Counted from the stretch's first letter, positions 19,358 to 29,780 are shown. The stretch: 64,000 nt of DNA from a bacterium (GCA_021781215.1 JAJXXC010000006.1:11029-75028), one strand, 5' to 3'. The notes: generated by a model not told the origin, from the letters alone. Numbers and translations are program-made.

Positions 19358-21376
19358 ATGACCCAGCGTTTACCAGTACCGGGCGGTGATGATGGCGATT
19401 GGGGAGATATTCTTAATGGATTCTTGGATGTGTCACATAACGCTGACGGAACCTTGCAGCCGCAGGCTGTTGCGTCTGCTGGTGCCGTAACTAAGGTTAA
19501 CAACCTCTCCGATTTAACCTCTACTGCTACTGCTCGAGCTAACCTAGGTTTGGGAACGGCAGCTGCATCCGATAAGGTAGCCGCTGGCTCGGCGGGTGTA
19601 TTAGATGCTACCGACCCAACTACAACCAATAGTAGAGCACCAGTTGGTGCGGCTACTGGAGATTTATCGGGAACCTATCCTAGCCCTACAGTAGCTCGAT
19701 TAAATGGAATTGCAGTTTCTGGAACTCCTGGAATCGGAGACTTATTAACTGCCACTAACTCTAGTAATGCAGCATGGCAATCTAAACCCTATGTCTCTAG
19801 GATCAGTGGCACCAGCACCACCATAGCTCCGTTAGCCTATTTTAATATTAAAGATTATGGAGCTAAGATTGATGGAGTTACTGATGACTCAGCTGCTGTA
19901 AATGCTACCATAACTGCTGCCTTTGCAGCAGGAGGAGGTCGAGTTATTATTCCGCCCGGAGTCGTAGCATTAAGTGCGCCAATTATTCACGCTTCGTACG
20001 TTATTCTAGAAGGTTCTGGATCAGATGTTAACGGATCCTCGGGGACTATTCTCAAGCCCCTAAGCAATTACGGAGATGTAATTTCCATTCCTACCGGACT
20101 AACGGGGTTTGCTATCCGGCAGTTATCGATTATATATTCAGGAATGAACCAGTATAGTAGTTCTGCTAGCGCCTCTACGCACGCTGCAATAAAGTTCACT
20201 ATTGCAACATCTTCGGCCACTCAAACAATTCAGGGCTTAATAGAGGACGTGGTAGTAATTGGTATGAAAGTTGCCGTATATATGCCCTGGGTTCTAGGAA
20301 GTAGCCTCAATTATTCTCAGTATTATCAGATAATGCTACAACGCCTTCAATTTGCTTCTAATGGCATCAATCTGCTTATGAATGGTTTTTCCGATTCAAT
20401 TATTAACAGTATAATCTGTAACAATACGTTTGGCGTATTACCTTCTAGTCTAGAGACTCGCGTTGCACCGATAGCATCTACTGCTACTCCGTCAGGAACT
20501 TATACCATAGCGTCACAGAATTGGATTAATGACCTTGGAAATAGTCTAATTGATAAATTAGAGGTGTATGGTGGTACGGGTGATGGTATTGTTTTCCAAG
20601 ACTGCATAACAACTACTATTCGGGCCTGTGAGTCAGGGTCCCTGACGGGAAATGGAGTAACTATGCTTGGTTGTAACTCTCAGACCTGTTTGTATGGTCT
20701 TCATGTCGGTCTTGTTAGCGGGCATGGAGTATATGTAACTGATTCAGCTACCAGCAATAATCCTTCTGTAGATTGTCAATTTTTTGGACTGAACGTTAAT
20801 ACAGCCAATTTGCACGGGGTCTATGTTCATGCCGCAGTTTCAGCTGCTGAACGCTTAGGCTTTTATGGCTGCCAGATAAATAATAATAGTCTCTCTGCTG
20901 CTAATACTTACAATGGGCTCGAGCTAGAAGCTTCTAGCGTAGTAGTAGTTGGAGGTACTTACGGTGATTATCAAGTCACGCATACGCAGAGATACGGGAT
21001 TAATAATCGCTATTCTGGGTCTTCTGGGCTAACGGTTATAGGCGTCGAGATGAAGAACAACTTAACTGGCCCAATGGCTCAGCCTAACGACACCACGGGC
21101 CGGATGATTGCTAATATCGGGCTAAACAATACCGCTTTTAGCACCTATACTCCAGGAGTACCTGCTGTTGGATCATCAAACGCAATCGGCAACGGTAATG
21201 CCTATGATATTACTATATATATGTCAGGAACTGCTCCGTCTGGAGTCCATATCGTCGATGTTAACGGGACTGATCAAAACTTAGCAGGCAATCCAACTGT
21301 TGTACATTTGCATCCCAATGAGAGAATATATTTCAACACTACATCTCCCGGGGCCTGGATGTGGTACGGCGAATAA
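19358..21376 (+). CDS. pectate-lyase-superfamily (right-handed beta-helix) protein
   Basis: FNIKDYGAKIDGVTDDSAAVNATI...GGGRVIIPPG; same N-terminal tag as 16420. Confidence 0.75.
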   Translation: MTQRLPVPGGDDGDWGDILNGFLDVSHNADGTLQPQAVASAGAVTKVNNLSDLTSTATARANLGLGTAAASDKVAAGSAGVLDATDPTTTNSRAPVGAATGDLSGTYPSPTVARLNGIAVSGTPGIGDLLTATNSSNAAWQSKPYVSRISGTSTTIAPLAYFNIKDYGAKIDGVTDDSAAVNATITAAFAAGGGRVIIPPGVVALSAPIIHASYVILEGSGSDVNGSSGTILKPLSNYGDVISIPTGLTGFAIRQLSIIYSGMNQYSSSASASTHAAIKFTIATSSATQTIQGLIEDVVVIGMKVAVYMPWVLGSSLNYSQYYQIMLQRLQFASNGINLLMNGFSDSIINSIICNNTFGVLPSSLETRVAPIASTATPSGTYTIASQNWINDLGNSLIDKLEVYGGTGDGIVFQDCITTTIRACESGSLTGNGVTMLGCNSQTCLYGLHVGLVSGHGVYVTDSATSNNPSVDCQFFGLNVNTANLHGVYVHAAVSAAERLGFYGCQINNNSLSAANTYNGLELEASSVVVVGGTYGDYQVTHTQRYGINNRYSGSSGLTVIGVEMKNNLTGPMAQPNDTTGRMIANIGLNNTAFSTYTPGVPAVGSSNAIGNGNAYDITIYMSGTAPSGVHIVDVNGTDQNLAGNPTVVHLHPNERIYFNTTSPGAWMWYGE

Positions 21377-21430
21377 CGATAAGAAAATTGAGACCTAAAA
21401 ACCATCAAGATTCTTTGTAGTAAGTAGGGG

Positions 21431-21799
21431 CTAAACTTGACGTCTTCTTTTATGTATTTGAGTTAAAACAATAAGCAGGCAAGCTGCTGCAGCAATCGTT
21501 ATTATGATAGCCGCCCAGAGTCCTGTATCGAACCCCTTGTTAGTAGAAATCGTAGCAACAACGCCTTTAGGTGTCGATATACCTTGGTGCTGCTGTGTTG
21601 ATGGAACAGTCTGGGGTTGAGTTGATGAAGTGGGTGAAGTAGCAGCCGAACCAGTGCTAGTAGGCGTAGAACCAGTATTTGTAGCTGCGGAACCAGTGCT
21701 CGTAGTCGTCGTAGTACTGTTAGTTGAATAGGCTCCACCGGTACTATAAGTATTAGCACCATATACACTAGCTATCAGGGTATCTATCATTAAAGTCAT
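21431..21799 (-). CDS. Thr/Ser-rich protein with a C-terminal membrane anchor
   Basis: Low-complexity T/S tract, then a TM helix and KRRR. Confidence 0.6.
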   Translation of the reverse strand: MTLMIDTLIASVYGANTYSTGGAYSTNSTTTTTSTGSAATNTGSTPTSTGSAATSPTSSTQPQTVPSTQQHQGISTPKGVVATISTNKGFDTGLWAAIIITIAAAACLLIVLTQIHKRRRQV

Positions 21800-21954
21800 A
21801 ATATTATTTTCACCATATCTCTATTAATACATAAAAATAATACATCTAGAAATACAATATAACAAGGTAATGTATATAATTAACTAAGCTACATACTATA
21901 GAAATAAGTATTTCGCCTAAAGATCCACAATCTATTTCATGTCTACATGGTTAG

Positions 21955-22728
21955 TTAATTAGCATCTCGACGCAAGAATAATATCCAGCCAATTATCCAA
22001 CCTATAATTAAATAGGCTAAAACTATTAGAGCTGAACGACCAGCAGAAAGTTCACTCGCACCTGATTTCAAAAGACCGTTGTTGAGTACGCCTGATAATG
22101 CGGTGAATGGTAAATATTGCTGTTGATTAGCGTTTAACAAAAGTCCAATCAGTGGCTCTACAGTAACAGGTAGTAAAAACAGAGATACTATTGCTGCTAC
22201 TAGGTTGCGGAAAAATATTGCTAATAATACTGCTATCATGGCATATGCCCAGCAGTAGAATAGAACACGCCAGATAAACTCTCGATAATAGAATATCTGA
22301 CTAGCATATGAAAGGTGATGGGCGTGAAGACCTAATATGACTAATGATGGAGATAATAGCTCAACAAAGGCTGAGAATATTATGGTAAATCCGGTGATTG
22401 CGATAATTTTAGCGAGTAATGTTTTGTTTCGACTATTAGACGAAGTTAAGGTGTACATGATGGTTCCATATCTGTATTCATGGGCCATTAACAACACAGC
22501 AATTATTGAGCTAAATAAAATCGGAGGAGCGATTCCTCTAGCTCTTGCGGCTTGAATTACTAGGTAGAGAGGGTTTTTAAGACTTATTAAATCATGTGAA
22601 GATCCTGCTCTCCAGCCAATAATATAGAAGTTATAAAAGATTATATAAACTAGGGCCAGGCCAATTAATATATAGGTCGAACGAATGCTAAATAGTTTAC
22701 GAAACTCGGCTTTAATTGCTGCAATCAT
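21955..22728 (-). CDS. ABC transporter permease
   Basis: AEFRKL...HEYRYGT...FLRRDA; multiple TM helices. Confidence 0.85.
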   Translation of the reverse strand: MIAAIKAEFRKLFSIRSTYILIGLALVYIIFYNFYIIGWRAGSSHDLISLKNPLYLVIQAARARGIAPPILFSSIIAVLLMAHEYRYGTIMYTLTSSNSRNKTLLAKIIAITGFTIIFSAFVELLSPSLVILGLHAHHLSYASQIFYYREFIWRVLFYCWAYAMIAVLLAIFFRNLVAAIVSLFLLPVTVEPLIGLLLNANQQQYLPFTALSGVLNNGLLKSGASELSAGRSALIVLAYLIIGWIIGWILFLRRDAN

Positions 22729-23642
22729 GATTTTTTACCTTTTGAATTATGAGCTAAAAACTCTTCTTTTCCCTCAGTAAGTTCAAGGAATACATCTTCC
22801 AAAGAGGCATTACGGGATGCTAGTTCTAGAATTGTTATGCCTGCGATATGTGCTAATTTTCCAATCTCATCAGTCTTAGCTCCAAAAATTTCGATACCGT
22901 TGTCTACTACTGAGAATGTCAATTTTTTATCAGATAACATGGACTCAAGTTTTGACATATTTTCCGAACGAATAAAAACACTGGACTTAGTGTTGCTGGC
23001 AATCAAGTCTTTGATTGAAGTATTCGCAATTAACTTACCTTTGCCAATTACTATGACATTATCAGCCATTTGTGACATTTCGCTTAGTAAATGGCTGGAT
23101 ACAAAAACGGCATTACCTTCGCTAGCATAGGATTTAAGAAATTCACGTAACCAGACAATTCCTTCCGGATCTAGTCCATTAGCCGGTTCATCTAAAATTA
23201 AGTATTTTGGTTTCGATAAAATTGCCGCAGCAATTCCTAGACGCTGACTCATGCCTAGGCTAAATTTTCCTGGGCTTTTTCTACCAACATCCTTTAGGCC
23301 AACTATATCTAGCACTTCATTGACCCTAGATAACGGTATATTGCCAGCAGTAGCTAAGATTTTCAAATGGTTTCTGGCTGTTCTAGTCGGGTGAAATGCT
23401 TTGGCCTCAAGTAATATTCCTACAACTTTAGAGGGCTGTGAATATTCATGCAGTTTCTTACCATCATAAGTAGTAGATCCGCTACCATTATCTAGGCCTA
23501 ACATTAAACGCATAGTCGTTGATTTGCCCGCACCGTTGGGCCCAAGAAAACCAGTAACCTTACCGGTGGAAATTTCAAAAGATATATCGTTAACTGCCGT
23601 TGATTTTCGAAAGCGTTTGCTTAAATGAGAGGCTTTTATCAC
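22725..23642 (-). CDS. ABC transporter ATP-binding protein
   Basis: GPNGAGKST, FSLGMSQR, DEPANGLDPEG. Confidence 0.95.
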   Translation of the reverse strand: MIKASHLSKRFRKSTAVNDISFEISTGKVTGFLGPNGAGKSTTMRLMLGLDNGSGSTTYDGKKLHEYSQPSKVVGILLEAKAFHPTRTARNHLKILATAGNIPLSRVNEVLDIVGLKDVGRKSPGKFSLGMSQRLGIAAAILSKPKYLILDEPANGLDPEGIVWLREFLKSYASEGNAVFVSSHLLSEMSQMADNVIVIGKGKLIANTSIKDLIASNTKSSVFIRSENMSKLESMLSDKKLTFSVVDNGIEIFGAKTDEIGKLAHIAGITILELASRNASLEDVFLELTEGKEEFLAHNSKGKKS

Positions 23643-23688
23643 TTTTTTATAATAGCACTAATATCTTAAGCCGTTATAAATATAATAA

Positions 23689-25088
23689 CTAAACCAAGCA
23701 CATCTGCAGCATATATTGACCTAGCGCAAGATAGGGTTTTGAATCCTGTTGTTTTAATCCAATTAGTGAGATTACATCATCTGAGGGTTTGTACTCACGC
23801 GTACCTAAGTAATTTAGTTCTTTAATAGACATCTCATTAGTAAGCGTTGCGTGGATAACTGAATCTATTAAAATAATACTTTCGAGAAATTGATAAATAG
23901 TTTTTTCGTCATACTCTATGTCCAGACTATTAAATAGCTCGAGGCATAAGTGTCGCAGGTTTTGTACAACTAGTATCTTTTCCTCATCACTCGACTGTTC
24001 AGTCAGTTGATTGCATTCATCTATCGCAGCCTCTATCGTTTCGACAGTACCTTTAATGTCTTCTACTTGTTTTTGATCATAAGATTCTAAGTAGACATCA
24101 AGCAATTTCTTAAAGTCCTGAAATGTATCATCTTCGGGTATGGTTTCATTTGCCGGAACCGTATCCGAATCGATGAGTTCCAGATTTCCTATGTCTTGAC
24201 CAAGTGTTTCCAGGGTATCAATAGGCATATTTGCATCTTCCAAGCTCTCAACTGCAAACGATGACTTATCTTCTATGCTTTCTAAAGTATCATCTAGCTC
24301 ATCTTCAACTACAGGCATTTCAATCACGACCTCAGCATTAATTATTGGTTGCAATTGCTGGGGCTTTTCAACGTCTATATCTTCAAGAAGTAGGGGGTCT
24401 TCGCCTAAATCATTCGGCGTATCCATGACGAGTTCGTTAGCTTTAGGTTTTCGTGGTAATAACTGGTCTTTTATTAATTGTCTAGTTTGGGCCGAAGGAG
24501 CTGGTTTCGTCGGTCTGTTAATTATTTTACGGTCAAATGAGCTAGGTTTTGGTTTTTCTGTTGTCTGTTTTATATAAATGGATTTAGCAATTTTTTGTAC
24601 TATAGCTTCTTCGGCTAACGGCAAGTCTTCAGAACTTGGGCGCGTAACAGTGCTCAGTTCTATTTTTGACTCAGTATTTTTTTCTTGTTCGCGTGGTTTA
24701 TCGACAATTTTAGTCGATAGTCTTTCGTTGGAAGGTCCTAAATTATCGGGTGGTTTAGCTAGATCTACTTTTTTTTTTCTTGTTCGCGCAGAAGAGTTTT
24801 ATCACTTAATCGAGCTGAAAAGTTGCTATCCATTGCCTCTAGGTTTTTAAATGTTTCAGCAACTCCATTTATGCCTCTTTCTCTATAGGCAGTGCTAACC
24901 ATATTGCCAACTGGGCATTGATCGTTACTAAGCATTTGTGCAACTGTGCCTCTGTAGTTTCCAAAGGATACTTCTAGCATAGCTTCTTCTGCCCCAATGC
25001 CGTATTGCTCAATCATCAAAGGCTCATTCAGGGTTCCGTCTGGATAGAATATGGTTTCTTGAATTGTTGGTGAGCCCTCATGTGCCAT
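23689..25088 (-). CDS. hypothetical protein split by a -1 frameshift at an A10 tract (ORFs 24765..25088 and 23689..24624)
   Basis: Upstream ORF ends GAA AAA AAA AAG TAG; the -1 frame is open from the A tract into the downstream ORF. Confidence 0.6.
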
Positions 25089-25239
25089 GCGTCTATCATA
25101 AGCAGTATGGGTATAAAAGTCCAGAGTTCATGGTAGGTGTAGCTAGAGTATGAACATAAGATTTTAAACAGTTTGACCAGCGCTAATACACTATAATAAA
25201 ATGTTAATGGTTATGTTATTATTTAAAAAGGAAAAATAA

Positions 25240-25920
25240 ATGAACAAATACATTCATAAATTAGGACTACCGGTTATGATATTGTTGGCAGTAATGACCA
25301 GTGGTTTAGTGGCTTCTGCTCTGCCAATCCAGGCCAAAGCCCACGCTAATCCTGCCGGCACTAATGCTACTAGTAACAATACTAATGCTGCCAACAACGC
25401 CAATGTTGCAGCTAGAAGCAACGGTAGTGCGAACCAAAACGCAGCCGCAGCCAATCAAGTCACGAATCAAGGCTCTGTCAATGGACAGATGCACCTTGCA
25501 GCAGCTCAGCTTAAAGCTTGTCAGAATCGTGAAAATGCCGTGAATACTATTATTTCAAGGATTAACACACGGACTAAAAATCAGCTGAATTTATTTGGAA
25601 CTATCGCTACACGCGTTGAGAATTTTTATGTTCAAAAAGGCAACACGCTTAGTAACTATAATCAATTAGTTACAGATGTAAATTCTGCCGAAGCCTTGGC
25701 ATATAACGATCTTGCTACTACGAATGCTAACAGTAGTTTTAGCTGTACGTCCAGCAACCCAAAGGGAATGGTCACAGCTTTTCAGGGTTATTTAAAAACA
25801 GAACTAAGTGATTTACAAAATTATCGTACGGCAGTCAAAAACCTAATAGTTGGAGTAGCATCTGTTAATGGCGTTACAGTTTCAACATCTAGCCAATCAA
25901 CTACACAAGGAGGTCAATAA
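25240..25920 (+). CDS. hypothetical secreted protein
   Basis: Signal peptide, N/A-rich linker and helical C-terminal domain with 2 Cys. Confidence 0.7.
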   Translation: MNKYIHKLGLPVMILLAVMTSGLVASALPIQAKAHANPAGTNATSNNTNAANNANVAARSNGSANQNAAAANQVTNQGSVNGQMHLAAAQLKACQNRENAVNTIISRINTRTKNQLNLFGTIATRVENFYVQKGNTLSNYNQLVTDVNSAEALAYNDLATTNANSSFSCTSSNPKGMVTAFQGYLKTELSDLQNYRTAVKNLIVGVASVNGVTVSTSSQSTTQGGQ

Positions 25921-25922
25921 GC

Positions 25923-26240
25923 ATGAAAAAACAACGATCCGGTTTTGCAATTGTTGAACTGATAATTATAATAGTTGTTTTGGCAATTATCGCTAGTGCC
26001 GGTTATTATATTTGGCACAAGACAAAAGCTAAGACACCAACACACACTACAAGCACAACTAGCAGTAAGATAAGTACCTCAGCTTTAAATTATCAGTCAC
26101 CCTCAGTCACTACCGTAACACCGCCACAAGTTAATACTTCTTCGGATCTTAACAGCGCTATGCAGGCTCTAAATCAAGCTAGTATCAGCTCAAATAATGT
26201 CGACAGCGCTCAACTCAGCACCCAGGCTAGTGGCTTCTAG
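25923..26240 (+). CDS. type IV pilin-like protein
   Basis: Class III signal KKQRSG|FAIVELIIIIVVLAII. Confidence 0.75.
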   Translation: MKKQRSGFAIVELIIIIVVLAIIASAGYYIWHKTKAKTPTHTTSTTSSKISTSALNYQSPSVTTVTPPQVNTSSDLNSAMQALNQASISSNNVDSAQLSTQASGF

Positions 26241-26314
26241 TTACTTATTGCTTATGTTTACTTAGGCAATGCATCGTGTTATTATTTTTGCAAATAAATA
26301 AGATAGGAATTTAA

Positions 26315-26785
26315 ATGAATAGTGTAATTATCTTCTGCGCGCAATATCTTTATTTGGCTGTAATTTTAGGTCTTGGTATCGCCTGGCTTAAAACTACTAA
26401 GAACCAAAAAACTAAATTTATTTTAGCAACCGTTGTGGCCGGAGTTATTGCATTTATAATATCGAGGATTGCTAGTCGGCTTTATTACGACCCAAGACCA
26501 TTCGTATCACAGCATGTCAAACCATTAATAGCTCATGCTGCAGATAACGGCTTCCCATCAGATCACGCATTACTTACTATGACATTAACCGCTATCACCT
26601 ATTTTTTCAGCAAAAAGATTTCTGCATGCATGTTAGTTCTTACTATTATTGTAGGCATAGCTAGGGTATTAGCAAAAGTTCATTCGCCGCTAGATATTGG
26701 TACGGGTTGGTTAATCGGTATCGTTGGCGCGCTAGCAGGCTACTACCTAGTCGGTTATGTTTGGGCTAAAAAACAATCTAAATAA
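26315..26785 (+). CDS. PAP2 family phosphatase (undecaprenyl-diphosphatase-like)
   Basis: PRPF, FPSDH, ARVLAKVHSPLDI. Confidence 0.88.
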   Translation: MNSVIIFCAQYLYLAVILGLGIAWLKTTKNQKTKFILATVVAGVIAFIISRIASRLYYDPRPFVSQHVKPLIAHAADNGFPSDHALLTMTLTAITYFFSKKISACMLVLTIIVGIARVLAKVHSPLDIGTGWLIGIVGALAGYYLVGYVWAKKQSK

Positions 26786-26925
26786 CAGCACTTCATATTC
26801 ACTAGCTCTAGTTATTGGTTTGCTTATGCCAAAAAATTGTGCAGCGTAATGGTTTTTTAGTTTCAGCAAACCTAAAGCTAAGTATGAGACTATTGTTCTT
26901 AATCATTATAAAAGGATCATAAAAT

Positions 26926-27399
26926 ATGTTTAATTCTAAGAAACTAGTTGCGGGTTTGGCTGTTTTTTTTGTTTTCGTAGTATATAGCCTCGGTATACGT
27001 CACGAAACTCCTATCCTTAGCAAGCCACAGTCACTAAAAAATACAAATGGTAATTCATCGGGTGGAGTATCGGGTGGAACAACTACCGCGTCTAGCAACA
27101 CGCCAGCTAGCCCCACTAATCAATATAAAGACGGAACCTATACGGGGAATACCTATAACGCATATTATGGTAACGTTCAGGTGGCGGTTACAATTAGTGG
27201 CGGCAAGATAACCAATGTAAAATTCCTTCAATACCCAAATAGCCACTCTACCTCAGTGTTTATTAATCAGCAGGCTATGCCTTATTTGCAGCAGGAAACT
27301 ATTCAATCTCAAAATGCTAATGTTCAACTAATTTCCGGAGCTACTTTTACTTCTCAGGCGTTTGTTCAATCATTAACTTCTGCACTTTCCAAAGCCTAG
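26926..27399 (+). CDS. FMN-binding domain protein (flavinylation target)
   Basis: YKDGTYTG...YGNVQVAVTISGGKIT...ISGATFTS; N-terminal anchor. Confidence 0.9.
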   Translation: MFNSKKLVAGLAVFFVFVVYSLGIRHETPILSKPQSLKNTNGNSSGGVSGGTTTASSNTPASPTNQYKDGTYTGNTYNAYYGNVQVAVTISGGKITNVKFLQYPNSHSTSVFINQQAMPYLQQETIQSQNANVQLISGATFTSQAFVQSLTSALSKA

Positions 27400-27402
27400 C
27401 CG

Positions 27403-28137
27403 ATGAAAAAGACTGAGATTATTATGGGGATGCCCATCACCGTAGAAATAGTTGGCAATATAGATGACACTAAGCTAGAGGCCGTATTCAGTTATTTTAA
27501 GTCTGTTGACGAGAAATATAGCACCTATAAGCCAACCAGCGAGATATCTCAGATTAATCATGGCCTACCAAAAGAACAGTGGAGTGCAGAGATGAGCCTG
27601 GTCTTAGATTTATGTGAACAGACTAAAAAATTAACTAATGGCTATTTTGATATAAACCATAACGGTAATCTTGATCCGTCGGGCTTAGTTAAGGGGTGGT
27701 CGATTAACAATGCAGCCCAAAAACTTCTGGACCTTGGAGAGGTTAATTTTTATATCGAAGCCGGTGGGGATATTCAAGTATATGGTTTAAATGACAGCGA
27801 TAAACCATGGGAAATTGGTATACGTAATCCTTTTAATATCGATGAGATTATTAAAGTTGTCAGATTAAAAAATGAGGGAATTGCAACCTCTGGAACTTAT
27901 ATCCGAGGCGAACATATATATAATCCATTTGATAAAAATCCGAAGCCGAGCAATGTTAAGAGTCTAACCGTAATAGGTCCTAATGTATATGAGGCAGACA
28001 GGTATGCGACTGCAGCTTTTGCTATGGGAGAGTCTGGCATTGGTTTTATTGATTCAATTCCAGGACTCGAAGGCTATGCAGTAGATGTTAATAAAATAGC
28101 CACTTTTACAAAGGGCTTTGAAAGGTATGTGGTATAA
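27403..28137 (+). CDS. apbE: FAD:protein FMN transferase
   Basis: MGM, DPSGLVKGW, EAGGDI, IATSGTY.RG.HI, ADRYATAAFAMG. Confidence 0.92.
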   Translation: MKKTEIIMGMPITVEIVGNIDDTKLEAVFSYFKSVDEKYSTYKPTSEISQINHGLPKEQWSAEMSLVLDLCEQTKKLTNGYFDINHNGNLDPSGLVKGWSINNAAQKLLDLGEVNFYIEAGGDIQVYGLNDSDKPWEIGIRNPFNIDEIIKVVRLKNEGIATSGTYIRGEHIYNPFDKNPKPSNVKSLTVIGPNVYEADRYATAAFAMGESGIGFIDSIPGLEGYAVDVNKIATFTKGFERYVV

Positions 28138-28138
28138 G

Positions 28139-29659
28139 ATGTTTAAATTCATAGATTCATTAGTAGACAAGATTACTATGTACAAGTTAATAATGTATTA
28201 TCTTGTGGCTTTAATATTAGTGGCTATTGGTCTTAGTATATTTAAGGATTTGCAATATAATCCGTATTACATAGCAATTTCAGCCCTAGTTCTTGTTACC
28301 GCAAGCTGGACTATCAATAAAATATTCGCTAATTTTTTTAGTGCTCCAACCAATAGTGAGTCATCAATTATTACTGGGTTAATATTGACTTTAATTATTG
28401 CCCCTAACCCAACTGGCTATTCATTTATGTTTTTATTAGCTGCGGCAGGACTGGCTATAGCCTCAAAGTATTTACTAACTATTCGAAATAAACATCTGTT
28501 TAACCCCGCAGCTATTGCCGTAGTATTAACTGCCCTTGGGGCTAGGCAAAGTGCTACCTGGTGGGTGGGCACGGCTGCAATGCTACCATTTGTGTTAATC
28601 GGCGGTGTGTTAATTGTTAGGAAAATTCGTAGAACTAAAATGGTTCTAGCATTTTTTATATCTAGCGCTCTAGCGACCATTGCCTATTCTCTAATATCTA
28701 GAGTCAGTGTAATGACCAGCTTACATAATCTAGTCTTCAGCTCCGCTATGTTTTTCTTAGGTTTCGTGATGTTAACTGAGCCTATTACCTCTCCTACTAC
28801 TTCGAAAAAACAAACCTGGTATGCAGTTTTGGTAGGATTATTATTGCCACCCCAGGTCCATCTATTTAGTTTTTATTCATCACCTGAAATAACCTTAGTT
28901 ATAGGTAACTTGTTTGCATATATTGTAAGTCCTAAGACCAAACTCTTTTTAGCTCTTAAAGAAAAAGTTCGGATAGCTGCTACTAGTGTAGATTTCGTAT
29001 TTATACCAAGTCATAAGCTAGTTTATCAAGCTGGACAATATATGGAATGGACTCTACCCCATCAAAAAACTGACCTAAGAGGCAATCGTCGTTATTTCAC
29101 TTTGGCGTCATCTCCAACCGAGGATGATATTAGAATCGGAGTTAAATTTTTTGAAAATGGTAGTAGTTTTAAGGAAGCATTACTGGATGCAAATTATGAG
29201 ACACCAATAGTAGCTTCGCAAATCTCTGGTGATTTCGTATTGCCAAAAGATAAGTCACTTAAATTAGTCTTCATCGCAGGTGGTATTGGTATTACGCCTT
29301 TTAGGAGCATGATAAAATATTTGGTTGATAAAAAAGACATTAGAACAGTAACTCTGTTGTACTCAGTTAGAAATGAAAAAGAAATTTCTTATAGAGATAT
29401 ATTTGAAAGCGCCAGAAGTACGATTGGTCTAAAAACAGTCTACGCAATTACTGACAATAATCCCGTAGTTACTAAATCTAATATCCACCTTGGAAAAATA
29501 ACTCCTAAATTCATTAGAACTGAAGTGCCTGATTTTTCGGATAGAATTTTTTATATCTCAGGCACCAATTCAATGGTCCATTCGGTTCAAGAAATGCTAG
29601 CTCAACTTGGAGTGCCTAAGCACCAAATTAAGACGGACTATTTCCCTGGATATGCCTAG
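28139..29659 (+). CDS. RnfD/NqrB-like membrane domain fused to an FNR-type FAD/NAD(P)-binding oxidoreductase
   Basis: SKY...KHLFNPAA and FVMLTEPITSP (RnfD-like); RRYFTLASSP, IAGGIGITPFRSM, YISG, DYFPGY (FNR); start at ATG 28139. Confidence 0.88.
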   Translation: MFKFIDSLVDKITMYKLIMYYLVALILVAIGLSIFKDLQYNPYYIAISALVLVTASWTINKIFANFFSAPTNSESSIITGLILTLIIAPNPTGYSFMFLLAAAGLAIASKYLLTIRNKHLFNPAAIAVVLTALGARQSATWWVGTAAMLPFVLIGGVLIVRKIRRTKMVLAFFISSALATIAYSLISRVSVMTSLHNLVFSSAMFFLGFVMLTEPITSPTTSKKQTWYAVLVGLLLPPQVHLFSFYSSPEITLVIGNLFAYIVSPKTKLFLALKEKVRIAATSVDFVFIPSHKLVYQAGQYMEWTLPHQKTDLRGNRRYFTLASSPTEDDIRIGVKFFENGSSFKEALLDANYETPIVASQISGDFVLPKDKSLKLVFIAGGIGITPFRSMIKYLVDKKDIRTVTLLYSVRNEKEISYRDIFESARSTIGLKTVYAITDNNPVVTKSNIHLGKITPKFIRTEVPDFSDRIFYISGTNSMVHSVQEMLAQLGVPKHQIKTDYFPGYA

Positions 29660-29780
29660 GGAATTATCCACTTATTAAGTAGTTGGAATCAAAATATTTT
29701 AGTATTTTTATAGCTGATTTATGCCCTGAAAATATGTTATAGTTTTCAAGGTTAGTATTGCTAAGATAAAATTAAAATCA

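Noticed and set aside
16420..21376. Prophage suggested by tail-fibre-like domains
   Set aside because: No capsid, terminase, portal, integrase or lysis genes nearby.
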